Source: Candidatus Omnitrophota bacterium | GTDB lineage: Bacteria; Omnitrophota; Gorgyraeia; Pluralincolimonadales; Pluralincolimonadaceae | Reading direction: 5' to 3' | Length of the DNA stretch: 51,225 nucleotides | NCBI GenBank assembly: GCA_028716565.1 | Contig: JAQUPL010000009.1 | Location: 1-51,225, forward strand | Shown here: one piece after another, positions 17,798 through 26,989 of the stretch | Layout: each line of letters starts with the position of its first letter | Numbering within the stretch: the stretch's first letter is position 1 | Notes under the pieces: model-generated | Database searches by the model: none | What the model saw: the letters and a program-made list of their open reading frames with translations, nothing else | Told to the model about the DNA's origin: nothing | Made by a program: the position numbers and the translations under genes

Positions 17798-18040
17798 TTA
17801 GAAGTGTTTAAGGTTAGCAAGAGCAGCCAGAAAAGACCTCCTGTTTAAGTAGTGCCTCTGGATCCCGGCGGCATTCAATAGACAGTCGGTCATCACGATA
17901 CGCGGCAATGTAAGGTCGTTCGGGTAACTGCCTGTATCAAGGGCGCCGCTCCTCCACAGCTCCTCGGCCCGCTGCTTGATGTTCTTCTGAACGTCCTTTG
18001 TGAGTTGGGTGAACAGCTTATCGAATTCCTGTTTATCCAT
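17798..18040 (-). CDS. hypothetical protein
   Basis: SD AGGCGGTG. Confidence 0.5.
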   Translation of the reverse strand: MDKQEFDKLFTQLTKDVQKNIKQRAEELWRSGALDTGSYPNDLTLPRIVMTDCLLNAAGIQRHYLNRRSFLAALANLKHF

Positions 18041-18050
18041 GTCGCACCGC

Positions 18051-18803
18051 CTATATCTTTTCTCCGTTCAAGGTAACGGTTACCGGCTGCCCGTAAAGAC
18101 CGGTGCGGCTCACGCCGGCGAGGGCCTTGGCAATCTCTATGCTCACCCGCTTACGCCAAAACGTAAGTTCACCCGGGATGCCGTCGTCGTCGTCGTCGTT
18201 TGTCCTCATTACAATGTCTGCCAGATCAGTATCCGGAATAGTGGTGATGTCGAAAGTGGTCCAGACCTCCGGTTTATTGACGCCCATGTGCACTTCCAGT
18301 GCGTGATCATCGGGCTCGTCCTCCGGATCCGCCTCTGGCATTTTTATGCCCTTCATGGTGCTGCAGACTATCTTGGCGGCCTCTTTCTCTGTTAGGCCGA
18401 GGCGGGCGTTTCTCTCCTTCGCGCATTCTTCAGCAAGTGCGAAGTCTTTACCCCAGTACCAGTCGGTAGTGTAAAAACCTCTTTCCCCCTCAATGGCGAT
18501 AAGGGCTATATATTCACCCTTACAGTTCATTCGGGTCTCCATCACGAAGAACGCCATGCGCGGCGTCTTAGGAGCGTGGACAAAGCTCTTCCAGGTGAAC
18601 TGCGGACAATCGCATAATAAGCAATGGCCGTGACCTTGAACTATAGGGTTATCGTCCGCGTGCTCGCTGCGTAGGTTATCACAATGGCAGAGCTCATCGA
18701 TAATCTCACTCTCGCCCACACTGGCAAAATATTGACGGATATTATCCCTTCGCTTTTGGATATCCGCCTTTATATCTTCAGGTATCGTTTTGTCTTCAGA
18801 CAT
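18051..18803 (-). CDS. hypothetical multidomain protein (His/Cys motif + acidic region)
   Basis: SD GAGAGGA; CHC..H..GHGHC..CDC. Confidence 0.6.
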   Translation of the reverse strand: MSEDKTIPEDIKADIQKRRDNIRQYFASVGESEIIDELCHCDNLRSEHADDNPIVQGHGHCLLCDCPQFTWKSFVHAPKTPRMAFFVMETRMNCKGEYIALIAIEGERGFYTTDWYWGKDFALAEECAKERNARLGLTEKEAAKIVCSTMKGIKMPEADPEDEPDDHALEVHMGVNKPEVWTTFDITTIPDTDLADIVMRTNDDDDDGIPGELTFWRKRVSIEIAKALAGVSRTGLYGQPVTVTLNGEKI

Positions 18804-18824
18804 ATATCCTCTCTTTCTATAGTA

Positions 18825-18867
18825 GCCGGACCCGGGGCGGGGGTGCCTTTCTTACCCCGGGTCCGGC
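18825..18867. other. 13-bp perfect GC-rich intergenic hairpin
   Basis: GCCGGACCCGGGG / CCCCGGGTCCGGC; no U-tract. Confidence 0.7.
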
Positions 18868-18919
18868 CCACCATTACAGCGACGGGAAAAGGGGTATCTA
18901 AAACCGCCGCCGGCTGGTC

Positions 18920-19987
18920 TTAACTCGCGTCCGTGGTTGTCTCTGTCCGCCCGGGAGGCAGCGCCGGCACCTGGCCGCGCCCCTTGCGGCAGACCGGGCA
19001 GAATAGGGCGTGGCTGTCCTGGCTCTGAAATACCTCCGCAGCCTTGCGTGCCCGGGTTATGTGTTTGGAGTCGGTCAGAAGGTGGCTGGTGGCGTATGTT
19101 ATGAGGTTCAGTACGTCATATGATGTTCTAATGGGATTCTCGATCGCCATGGCCCGTACAGTGTCCCGGACATTATCCTTGAGCCCGGCCTCCTTTATCA
19201 TGGCCTCGAGCATCATGGCCCGCTGGTTCTCCGGGATCTCGTCGTTTACCATTTCCTGATAGCGTTCCACAACCTTGCCGTAAGACTGATAGGCGTCACG
19301 CAGCCCCTTACGCAGCCAGGACCATACCGAGTCCCGACCCTCTCCACCGCCACGCTGGCCACCACCACCATTGCCGCCACCGTAGCTGAATTCGCGGAGG
19401 ACCGTGTTTGAGGTCATACCGTTGGTGCATGCAAGCCTCAGAACGAAGCTCTGCACGCTCGGGTTAGTCAGGCCCAGCGGACTGAACCTCACCATGGCGC
19501 CGGCGCGCACCACATCACCGCGGGTGACCGGGGCCTTATCTATACCTACGATCTCAAGGGATACGCTCTGTGAGTCACCGACGATAACCCTGTTGTAATC
19601 GGGTTTTTCTATGACCTTCTCGATGGTCTCCAGGACTCGCGCCGCCGCCAGCGCATGACCGGTATGCTGCGTAGCGCAGCGGAAGCCTATTATCTTGCCG
19701 TCGCGCATGAGCAGCTCGAAGTTGTCATGCTTCTGTAGTAGGTCGTTGGCTACCATGCCACAGGTATTCGGTTGTATCTTGCCGGTCATGTCCGGCGGTA
19801 TGTGAAGGAAGCGGAACAGGTCACTAACGCTGTCCTTTTCGACCTCCAGAAGCCGCGCGCCTTTGCGCGGGCGCATGGTCACCATGTCCGGTGTTACTAT
19901 TATTTTGGTCGCCGGATCCCGATCCACCTTTTTTGTGGACACACTGGATACCGGTCTAAGTTTCTCCAGAACTTCATTTGCCTTCAT
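18920..19987 (-). CDS. DUF932-like protein
   Basis: GDVVRAGAMVRFS..SVQSFVLRLACTNGM; C-terminal TSYDVLNLITYATSH pattern. Confidence 0.7.
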   Translation of the reverse strand: MKANEVLEKLRPVSSVSTKKVDRDPATKIIVTPDMVTMRPRKGARLLEVEKDSVSDLFRFLHIPPDMTGKIQPNTCGMVANDLLQKHDNFELLMRDGKIIGFRCATQHTGHALAAARVLETIEKVIEKPDYNRVIVGDSQSVSLEIVGIDKAPVTRGDVVRAGAMVRFSPLGLTNPSVQSFVLRLACTNGMTSNTVLREFSYGGGNGGGGQRGGGEGRDSVWSWLRKGLRDAYQSYGKVVERYQEMVNDEIPENQRAMMLEAMIKEAGLKDNVRDTVRAMAIENPIRTSYDVLNLITYATSHLLTDSKHITRARKAAEVFQSQDSHALFCPVCRKGRGQVPALPPGRTETTTDAS

Positions 19988-20002
19988 TGTGTTTTTCCCC
20001 CT

Positions 20003-20803
20003 CTATTTTGTTTTCATGGCCCTCATAAGCTCTTCCACATCGAGCTCGGCCCAGGCCTTGCTCAGTTCCTCGCTCCAGAAACCGGGAAGATGGCATTTCA
20101 CTAAGCCCTTCTTCCCGTCCTCGAGGTCTATGACATAGGCCCACTTGATAGTTTGTTTCTGCGACATGATCGCATCTCTGGCTTCTTGTGTCCAAGGCGC
20201 CAGCTCCCTGCGCTCAAACATGATATGCGCCATTGAAGGTTTGCGGTAGATAAGCATCTTACAGTCCAGCACGGCCTCGATCTCAAGCATACGGCTGGTA
20301 TGAGCCACGAAGACTATAAGCTGGTCCCGCTGCCTGGCCAGTGCGTTGAGCCCGCCAAGCGCTACATTGTTGTCCGATTGGCTGCGCCGGCAGCTGTATC
20401 TCAGCGCCGCTTCATCGACCAGGACGAAGGCACCTTTCGGGATCTTGCGCAGGTCTTTCGCATGTTTGGCCCACCCGGGAGCATACTTCTGTGTTTTCTT
20501 CGGCATGCCGATAACGTATACGGCCCTGCCGGCGTTGTGCGCGATCTCAGCAAGCTGCCATGCGAGCGCAGACTTGCCTTTGCCCAGGTATCCGACGATA
20601 ACAGCGGTGCCGACCCGGGTTTGCTTCAGGATACTGGTCCAGCTTCCTATCTGGCCCGGTTTATGATTACTTGTGCGTAATATTGTCATGGCTTCCCGGA
20701 CCGCCGCCCGCTTCTCTTTACTCAGGCCCCTGTCCTGCGAAATGACAGACAGGATCTGCTCAGTTTTCGCGAAGTCGATGTCTTTACAAGACTTTTGTAC
20801 CAC
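20003..20803 (-). CDS. FtsK/HerA-superfamily (A32/Zot-like) ATPase, candidate genome-packaging ATPase
   Basis: Walker A GYLGKGKS, Walker B FVLVDEA, ARQR arginine motif followed by LIVFVAH. Confidence 0.75.
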   Translation of the reverse strand: MVQKSCKDIDFAKTEQILSVISQDRGLSKEKRAAVREAMTILRTSNHKPGQIGSWTSILKQTRVGTAVIVGYLGKGKSALAWQLAEIAHNAGRAVYVIGMPKKTQKYAPGWAKHAKDLRKIPKGAFVLVDEAALRYSCRRSQSDNNVALGGLNALARQRDQLIVFVAHTSRMLEIEAVLDCKMLIYRKPSMAHIMFERRELAPWTQEARDAIMSQKQTIKWAYVIDLEDGKKGLVKCHLPGFWSEELSKAWAELDVEELMRAMKTK

Positions 20804-20833
20804 GCAGGTACCCCCTTTCTAGTTTTTACTTTC

Positions 20834-21043
20834 TTATCTCGGTCGTCTATCACCCCCTCTGTATGGCGGATAAGCGTAATTTACTTCACGCCACTCGCCA
20901 GTGAACATGTATGTTGTTCTTGTTAGCTTGGTCCCACAGGTCGGGCAGTATGCGTCCTTTAAATCCCTCGGTGAAGAGAACCTGAATGCGACTTGGCATT
21001 TTGGACACTTACCCTGCTTTTTACCACTATTGCCCATTACCAA
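20834..21043 (-). CDS. zinc-ribbon protein
   Basis: CPKC..CPTCG. Confidence 0.6.
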   Translation of the reverse strand: MVMGNSGKKQGKCPKCQVAFRFSSPRDLKDAYCPTCGTKLTRTTYMFTGEWREVNYAYPPYRGGDRRPR

Positions 21044-21052
21044 AACCCCCTT

Positions 21053-21322
21053 TCACCCGAACATTTTAAACGCCGCCACGGCGTCATAGTAAAATTCAAA
21101 GACCAGCGCCCGACCATGGGGAAAATCGATATACTCTGCGGCGACTTTGAGTGGGCACATCTGTAGATATCCAAGAGTAAGTTTAGCTTCGATACGCTCG
21201 CGACACGGGGGAGTACCTGTAACCGCATGGTCGATCTGCGTGGCAATATCCGCCAGGCGCTTGGCCTTTCTAGAGGCCAGCTCCAGCAGCTGAATAAACT
21301 CTATGCAGTTATAGTCTTCCAA
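21053..21322 (-). CDS. hypothetical protein
   Basis: TTG start after AGGGGGTG; preceded by a bipartite motif copy. Confidence 0.5.
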   Translation of the reverse strand: MEDYNCIEFIQLLELASRKAKRLADIATQIDHAVTGTPPCRERIEAKLTLGYLQMCPLKVAAEYIDFPHGRALVFEFYYDAVAAFKMFG

Positions 21323-21334
21323 AATTCACCCCCT

Positions 21335-21367
21335 ATTCTACATATCCGCCGACACTAATTGACATAA
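21335..21367 (-). promoter_or_regulatory. bipartite motif copy 1 (TTATGTC-N15-ATATGTAG-AAT)
   Basis: Same spacing in five copies. Confidence 0.7.
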
Positions 21368-21393
21368 GTTATCGTTATTCTCGCAAAGTGATT

Positions 21394-21600
21394 TTATTCC
21401 GCATCCTTCTCTCTTTTTACCCTCTTCAGAACTCCCACCATACAACGAACGGCCATGGACTGTATCCTTCTCAGGTGCTCCACGACATCCATTTCGCATT
21501 TAGTGCACAGGTATACACCCTCAGAACCGGTGATACAGATGTCGAGATACCGAACCTTATCGTTCTCTTCTACACACTGGCAAATCGAACATTTCTTCAT
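21394..21600 (-). CDS. zinc-finger protein
   Basis: CSIC..CTKC. Confidence 0.55.
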   Translation of the reverse strand: MKKCSICQCVEENDKVRYLDICITGSEGVYLCTKCEMDVVEHLRRIQSMAVRCMVGVLKRVKREKDAE

Positions 21601-21615
21601 GTAAAAACCCCCCCT

Positions 21616-21648
21616 ATTCTACATATCGATTGACTCAGGTTGACATAA
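21616..21648 (-). promoter_or_regulatory. bipartite motif copy 2
   Basis: TTATGTC aacctgagtcaatcg ATATGTAG aat. Confidence 0.7.
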
Positions 21649-21655
21649 GTTATCG

Positions 21656-21925
21656 TTATTTTCGCAAAGTGATTTTGTTCCGCATCCTTTTATCCCGGAA
21701 GCAATCACATGATATAAGCTGACCGCCGCAGACCGGGCAGCGCTCCACGTCGCAGCCGAAGTGGTGGATCTCTCCGTGCTTTATCCCGCAGTCATGGCAC
21801 CGTCCGTTACTTTCGCCGAAGTGATCGCGCCGCCTGTCGAGCCATTTACCTTTATGATATATCTTGGCATGAGTACAGCCGTCCGCCGTCCTCATTTCCT
21901 GTTCGCAGTCAAGACAAACGCCCAT
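21656..21925 (-). CDS. Cys/His-rich zinc-binding protein
   Basis: CLDC..C..RCHDCG..H..GCDVERCPVCGGQLISCDC. Confidence 0.65.
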   Translation of the reverse strand: MGVCLDCEQEMRTADGCTHAKIYHKGKWLDRRRDHFGESNGRCHDCGIKHGEIHHFGCDVERCPVCGGQLISCDCFRDKRMRNKITLRK

Positions 21926-21938
21926 GAGATAAACTCCT

Positions 21939-22346
21939 TCATTTAGATTTTCGATGCTTCGCCCTTTGGTTCCAGAGCCACGATTTCAGCCTTCTTAATA
22001 TCGACATCTGATAATCCGATATCGACTCCAGGCGCAGCTCCGCCGGCGCCCGGTCACCCATAACCCGGGTAAATAAGTACGAGTAGATATTCGTCATGTC
22101 GTGATCCAGCGGACCGCAGAGCGATGCATTAGAGACATATGCCAGCGCCTCAACATCTGTGGCCAAGTCCTTTTCACCGCGAGCCACCTGCAGGAGACGC
22201 TGGGCCCGGATCTCATCGATGAGCCAGCCCGGAGTGTCTTCGCCCCATGCCTGGTTAAATACGATAATAGGGTCTGTGAGCGCCCGCGCCGCGTCGACAA
22301 GGGCTTTCTCCGTCACCTTGCTGCTTTTAGCCTTCTGTTTCGCCAT
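21939..22346 (-). CDS. hypothetical protein
   Basis: SD GAGAGG; helical. Confidence 0.55.
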   Translation of the reverse strand: MAKQKAKSSKVTEKALVDAARALTDPIIVFNQAWGEDTPGWLIDEIRAQRLLQVARGEKDLATDVEALAYVSNASLCGPLDHDMTNIYSYLFTRVMGDRAPAELRLESISDYQMSILRRLKSWLWNQRAKHRKSK

Positions 22347-22530
22347 TATAGGCCTCTTTCAGCTTCTCCTTCTCTAGGATTGGTAGGTTATCGATTCTTT
22401 CGCACTCCTGCCGCTGCCAGTCGCTCTTGGAGGTATATTCATACTCTCCGGAGGCGAATAGTTTCTTGGCCTCAGCTTTCGACACCCGGCTGATCTTCTT
22501 GGTCTTTTTATGTTGAATACATACAGCCAT
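22327..22530 (-). CDS. small hypothetical protein
   Basis: SD GAAGGAGA. Confidence 0.5.
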   Translation of the reverse strand: MAVCIQHKKTKKISRVSKAEAKKLFASGEYEYTSKSDWQRQECERIDNLPILEKEKLKEAYNGETEG

Positions 22531-22534
22531 CGCT

Positions 22535-22738
22535 CTAATCTCCTTCCTTCGTGATATATGTATACCCCATCTTGCGGGGCATCGCCCGGACCCGGCACAG
22601 CAGCTGCCACTGCAAATGCTGCGCGTTCCGCCGGGTCAAAGGCCTGTTATCACTATCATTAGGTACTCTGAGGATCCGGCACAGTTTATCGATCGCCACG
22701 CGCTGTTGAGGAGTAGCGTCATATTGTTCGACAACCAT
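22535..22738 (-). CDS. small hypothetical protein
   Basis: SD GAGGAGG. Confidence 0.5.
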   Translation of the reverse strand: MVVEQYDATPQQRVAIDKLCRILRVPNDSDNRPLTRRNAQHLQWQLLCRVRAMPRKMGYTYITKEGD

Positions 22739-22769
22739 AGGCGCCTCCTCATAGTTACTTACCGGCTTA

Positions 22770-23867
22770 CTAGACCACGTACATCGGCATCAGCAGGTGC
22801 ACATCGTGTCCGTATTTCACCATCGCGGGTCCTTTGTCAGATGTTGTCATCATCTTGATACTTGGTGCTGGAGAAAGCGACACGGTATCCCGCAGCAGTG
22901 AAGCGTTGAATGCTATCTTTCCGGATCCTTTACCCTGCACCATGAATTCCAATTTATGGCCATCCCCATCCTGTGACCATACCTTCACCCCGCCGCCGCG
23001 CTTGGTCTCTAAACGTAGAGGATGCAGCTTGAATTCCTTCTGCTTAATGACCGCCTTCAAGGCGTCCAGCATCTCGCCCCGGTCGAAGGTCATCGGCTTC
23101 AGGTTCTTGGGATCCGGATATATCTGCTTGTAGTCGGGGTAAGTGCCTTGTATCGGCCCTGTGCCTATAACGATATCCGGCGTGGAGAACGTCAGGTAAT
23201 TATCGCCGATGCACATAACTATCTTGTCCCGCTCGAAGGCCTTGAACAGCCGGATGGCTTCACCAGGGATTATGTACTGCCGGGGATCTCCCTTCTTGAA
23301 TTTATGGGCGGTGGTATACTTGACCCTCGTCGTCGCCATACGGAAACCGTCCGCGGCGCAGAGCTCTATCTCGCCGTCGAGGAACTTCAGACTCATGCCT
23401 GAGAGCACGGGTCGCGTGTCTTCAGTCGCCATCGCATAGGCCACCTTATTCACTGCCGGCACCAGCGCCGATATGATGATGGGCTTGGCCTTTTTCATGA
23501 TGAGCTTGTCCTTGAAATCAGGGAATTCTTTACCCGGCATGATATCGGTGATACACAGCGCCGTGCCCGAAGATATCTCCATCATCTTATCTTTCGAGAG
23601 GAGCGTCACGCTGGGCGTTTTCAGCGTATCCAGGAGGAGGAGCACCTTATCCGGGGAAACGCAGCAGCTGTCTCCTTTGGCCACGATCTTGGCCTTGACT
23701 TTGGTGGTTATCACCGCCGTCAGATCTGTGCAGGTTAGCTGCAGGCAGCCGTCAGCTGCCGCCAGCAGCACCATTTGCAGGATCGGCAGCGCCGAACGCT
23801 TAAACCGCGCCGCCCTCACCGTCTTGAGCGCCGATATGAGCGCTATTCTATTTACTGCTACTTTCAA
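22770..23867 (-). CDS. dnaN: DNA polymerase III beta sliding clamp
   Basis: 365 aa; LPILQMVLL, EDTRPVLSG, AADGFRM, GTYPDYKQI, IAFNASLL, LLMPM C-terminus. Confidence 0.92.
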   Translation of the reverse strand: MKVAVNRIALISALKTVRAARFKRSALPILQMVLLAAADGCLQLTCTDLTAVITTKVKAKIVAKGDSCCVSPDKVLLLLDTLKTPSVTLLSKDKMMEISSGTALCITDIMPGKEFPDFKDKLIMKKAKPIIISALVPAVNKVAYAMATEDTRPVLSGMSLKFLDGEIELCAADGFRMATTRVKYTTAHKFKKGDPRQYIIPGEAIRLFKAFERDKIVMCIGDNYLTFSTPDIVIGTGPIQGTYPDYKQIYPDPKNLKPMTFDRGEMLDALKAVIKQKEFKLHPLRLETKRGGGVKVWSQDGDGHKLEFMVQGKGSGKIAFNASLLRDTVSLSPAPSIKMMTTSDKGPAMVKYGHDVHLLMPMYVV

Positions 23868-23882
23868 TTTACACCCCCTTTG

Positions 23883-24101
23883 TTATTTTCCCCTGAAGAA
23901 CTTCAGGGCTTCATCTTTTGTTGTACCGATCACGTGGCCGCATTCCGGGCAGTCGTATGTGCTCTGTTGACAATCGCACCGCGGCTTATCCGGATAAAAC
24001 AGCAAGCCAGAGCGCGACGGATACGCTTCCTGCTGACTCGTATACACGGCGTGAAACCTGAGACGATTCAGAATCGCGCCGCAACTTGGACATTTAGGCA
24101 T
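23883..24101 (-). CDS. zinc-ribbon protein
   Basis: CPSCG..CPECG. Confidence 0.6.
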   Translation of the reverse strand: MPKCPSCGAILNRLRFHAVYTSQQEAYPSRSGLLFYPDKPRCDCQQSTYDCPECGHVIGTTKDEALKFFRGK

Positions 24102-24104
24102 ACG

Positions 24105-24584
24105 TCACCCCCTTCCAATTTTATGCAAAGGCGCCGGTGCGCCCCATTCAGCGCTCTCATACTTGGGCAGCGCCGTTATCGCCAAATGAATTAGGTGCTC
24201 AATAAAGGCGTGCGCTTCCGACGCCATCCACCCATCGTGCTCGCATGATTGGTAAGAGTAGCAGTTGCAGCACTTTATAACCTGTGTCGGCTCATATATT
24301 GGCCACATCATTTGACAGTCGCGCTCATCTATAACGTATGTCTCGCCAACTTCTCCCGGCAGGTTTGCGTAGTCGGCGTCGGGATACCTTGCGCGCACTG
24401 ACTTTATATTCTCCTGCCAGAGCATGTTAGCGACTCCAATCTGGCTGGATATCTCGCAGCGGTCAAGAGTATGGCGCTCTTCATTCCAATACCATGAGAA
24501 ATCTCCGCCGGACTTCATCCCGAAGAGTATGGCCGCCTTAATCATATACATGATTTCGTACCTGCTAGTTATAAAACAACTCAT
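24105..24584 (-). CDS. phage/plasmid hypothetical protein (CYSYQSCEH..W motif)
   Basis: SD AGGAGG; preceded by a bipartite motif copy. Confidence 0.6.
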   Translation of the reverse strand: MSCFITSRYEIMYMIKAAILFGMKSGGDFSWYWNEERHTLDRCEISSQIGVANMLWQENIKSVRARYPDADYANLPGEVGETYVIDERDCQMMWPIYEPTQVIKCCNCYSYQSCEHDGWMASEAHAFIEHLIHLAITALPKYESAEWGAPAPLHKIGRG

Positions 24585-24598
24585 AGCTTAACCCTCCT

Positions 24599-24631
24599 AT
24601 CTTACATATCGATTGACTCAAATTGACATAA
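24599..24631 (-). promoter_or_regulatory. bipartite motif copy 3, just downstream of a small terminator-like hairpin
   Basis: TTATGTC aatttgagtcaatcg ATATGTAA gat. Confidence 0.7.
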
Positions 24632-24656
24632 AAGCCGGTTCCGGCAACTATCGCCG

Positions 24657-24980
24657 TTAGCATATTAGGTTTATAATGTCGCCCACCGTCTTCAACTCTT
24701 GCGTCCGGCCAAGTTCAACAATGCGATATCCTGGCGAGTCTTCTTCAAAAGCATCCTTATCTACACTTTTATCAAGGTGCCGGCGCGGGTGCATCCTGCC
24801 TTCACCCCACCATTTCTTCATCAGTTTCCGGGCTTTGTTATCAGCGGACTCCGATGTTCTAGCCCAAAATATTCCAGAGGAGTCATATTCATACTCTCCG
24901 TCGTGCTGAATAAATTCAACATAGAACGGCTTCAGCCCGCCCTTTTTCGTCCCGATCGGTGCGTCCGGATTGTACCTCAT
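24657..24980 (-). CDS. hypothetical protein
   Basis: Start moved to ATG 24980 (SD GGGGGTG). Confidence 0.5.
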   Translation of the reverse strand: MRYNPDAPIGTKKGGLKPFYVEFIQHDGEYEYDSSGIFWARTSESADNKARKLMKKWWGEGRMHPRRHLDKSVDKDAFEEDSPGYRIVELGRTQELKTVGDIINLIC

Positions 24981-24982
24981 AG

Positions 24983-25360
24983 CTATTTCACCCCCGCTTT
25001 CTCCTTCCTTCTGAAGGTTATGCCGTAATGCCCCTGACAGGCGCGGCAATATGTGTCACTCCTATCTCCGCCACACTCTGTTATCTCTCCCGTTTTTTGG
25101 TTCTGCCAAGCTCTGATATCAACGTCGTCCGACCCACAGTTATCGCAAGTCGCAATCTGCTCCTCGTCCACGGCGTCGGACAGCGCAAGCAACATCGACT
25201 CCCTGGCGCTCTTTGCCACGCGTTCAGACCCGAACATATGAGCGCCATCCATCATCTGGAAGACACACTCGCATACTTCCAGCGCTTTGCCCTCTTTGCA
25301 GGCGTCAATGAGCGTCTTGAAGCGAAAATACCAGGAATTACCTCTCTTATTGTTAGCCAT
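24983..25360 (-). CDS. hypothetical protein with C-terminal zinc ribbon
   Basis: SD AGGGGG; CDNCG..CRAC. Confidence 0.55.
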   Translation of the reverse strand: MANNKRGNSWYFRFKTLIDACKEGKALEVCECVFQMMDGAHMFGSERVAKSARESMLLALSDAVDEEQIATCDNCGSDDVDIRAWQNQKTGEITECGGDRSDTYCRACQGHYGITFRRKEKAGVK

Positions 25361-25589
25361 CGTTGTTGCCCCCTTCTGAACAATCGTCAACGCTTTGAAT
25401 ACCGTCACCTTCCCATTCCCCTTCGACTTCAGCATTACAAACAGAACACCGATAGTCAGATTGCTGGGGGAAAATGTCGGCGGGTTCATACCTCTGAAGT
25501 TTGTCATCCCAGACATACTCGTCGTCGTCTCGGTGCATGTTGACGGTATCGATTTCACCGCAGTTCGGACACTTTATCTTGCCTGCCAT
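25353..25589 (-). CDS. zinc-ribbon protein
   Basis: CPNCG..CSVC. Confidence 0.55.
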   Translation of the reverse strand: MAGKIKCPNCGEIDTVNMHRDDDEYVWDDKLQRYEPADIFPQQSDYRCSVCNAEVEGEWEGDGIQSVDDCSEGGNNDG

Positions 25590-25634
25590 TCAGAACCCCC
25601 TTTAACATATTCAGTGGCACATTACACCCCTTCT

Positions 25635-25673
25635 AAACAAAAGTAGCGGACAACGAACCGCTGCCCGCTACTT
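25635..25673 (-). terminator. intrinsic terminator
   Basis: GTAGCGG..CCGCTAC stem with G-U extension on the minus strand, then TTTTGTTT. Confidence 0.75.
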
Positions 25674-25758
25674 AAATATCCACCAGCCCATGGAGCTTAC
25701 GCGGCACTCGCCACTGTCCGTAATATCTGATAGCTGGCGGCTATTACCACCTATACTA

Positions 25759-26181
25759 TTAATTTATATCTAGGGCTACGATAACGCCCTTGTCCTTCAT
25801 GTCCTCTAACTCGGCTTTTAACTCTTTGTTCTCGGCCTCGGCATCCTCATCCACTTCAGCGTTATCATCGTCAATAATGATGGCTTGGAGCCCTGTCCGC
25901 CCGTACACATCATCGACCACGCCGCCGGAGACACAGATATAGATTTTCTCGACAGGATAAACATTGCCGACTTCGACACCGGCATAAATCGAGCTTCGCC
26001 GGAAGTTATCAGTCCATTTCTTATCGCACGCATTGCAAGTCATGTTTTGACTAGCTATTTCGCCGTCAACCTCAATAGAACCGCCTTCTATCTGGTCACT
26101 CTCACAAAAGGGACAATTTGCACCGCCGCTTTCGATATAGTCACCAACTTGCTCCGATGTTAGACTGCACTTTTTAGGCAT
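25759..26181 (-). CDS. zinc-ribbon + acidic hypothetical protein
   Basis: CPFCES..CNAC. Confidence 0.55.
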   Translation of the reverse strand: MPKKCSLTSEQVGDYIESGGANCPFCESDQIEGGSIEVDGEIASQNMTCNACDKKWTDNFRRSSIYAGVEVGNVYPVEKIYICVSGGVVDDVYGRTGLQAIIIDDDNAEVDEDAEAENKELKAELEDMKDKGVIVALDIN

Positions 26182-26362
26182 AGGTCACCCCTTCTCCTGT
26201 TTTGGTTTTATAGGTATTATCTTCAATACCCGCGAGACCACAGTATTGGGTACAGGTTGCTCTACTTTTCGACCTGTGACGTGGTAAAAGAAGTCCTGCA
26301 TATTCCTGCGCGTCTTGTCGGTTACCACCATTCCTAAATTATCATCCACAGTACACCCCCTG

Positions 26363-26605
26363 TTAAAAACCTAATTCATGCGCATTAATAGCGTCAGTTT
26401 CCTCTTGAGTATACGGGTAGAACTCCATCTCGGTCATAAGATGCAGGCGGTCAACAATGACCTCTTGCACGGCTTCCCGCACGATGTCTATAATCTCCAT
26501 ATCGTGCTCTATCTCTTTACCAGACAGCTCTCTGAGCAGCTCCTCAATGGCGCTTTCTACACAGTCCTGCCTGTCAATCTGGTTGGATGTCAGCTCTTCT
26601 GCCAC
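26363..26605 (-). CDS. acidic hypothetical protein
   Basis: SD AAGGGGGTG. Confidence 0.5.
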   Translation of the reverse strand: MAEELTSNQIDRQDCVESAIEELLRELSGKEIEHDMEIIDIVREAVQEVIVDRLHLMTEMEFYPYTQEETDAINAHELGF

Positions 26606-26616
26606 AGCACACCCCC

Positions 26617-26820
26617 TTATTTAGTTATAACCAGCTCGCTCGTCTCTTCGAGATTATACCCTCTGTTGTGGAGCTCATTCTGAAGGGCTGTGAGTAATAC
26701 CATGTCTCTCGGATTGTAACACTCCAACTTGTAGATAGCGGAGTACATCGCTCGCGCTTCAGACTTCAGCTCGGCATCAGTCCGAATCTTGGCATATTGG
26801 TCATAGGTAATAACCGACAT
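26617..26820 (-). CDS. small hypothetical protein
   Basis: SD AAGGGGGGTG. Confidence 0.5.
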   Translation of the reverse strand: MSVITYDQYAKIRTDAELKSEARAMYSAIYKLECYNPRDMVLLTALQNELHNRGYNLEETSELVITK

Positions 26821-26989
26821 GAATATCACCCCCCTTGAATCGGCCTATTCGTTGAAAGCCCGCCCACCACGTCAAGGTCAGGCCGTCGGGCAGGGATGTA
26901 GGGGGATGTCCCCCAGTTAAAGAGAGTCCCCCATTGTCAAGGGCAAAGCCCTAATATTTACGCATAGTCCACCCCCTTTTTATACGCCA

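Larger units (their letters stand above)
21359..21689. repeat. 50-bp direct repeat (21359-21408, 21640-21689), 48/50 identical
   Basis: Direct comparison of the two copies. Confidence 0.9.

Noticed and set aside
16807-19598. Long antisense and alternate-frame ORFs in the track (for example 16807..17364, 18000..18395, 19044..19259, 23473..23970, 39240..39794)
   Set aside because: They are shadows of GC-rich genes with recognisable motifs on the other strand, and have no SD or domain signal
21340-21390. TTATGTCAATT as a XerD arm of dif/pdif sites
   Set aside because: Only the two duplicated copies have an ATAA-ending partner, at 7-bp spacing. The other three lack it, while all five conserve a second element 15 nt downstream, which fits a promoter better.
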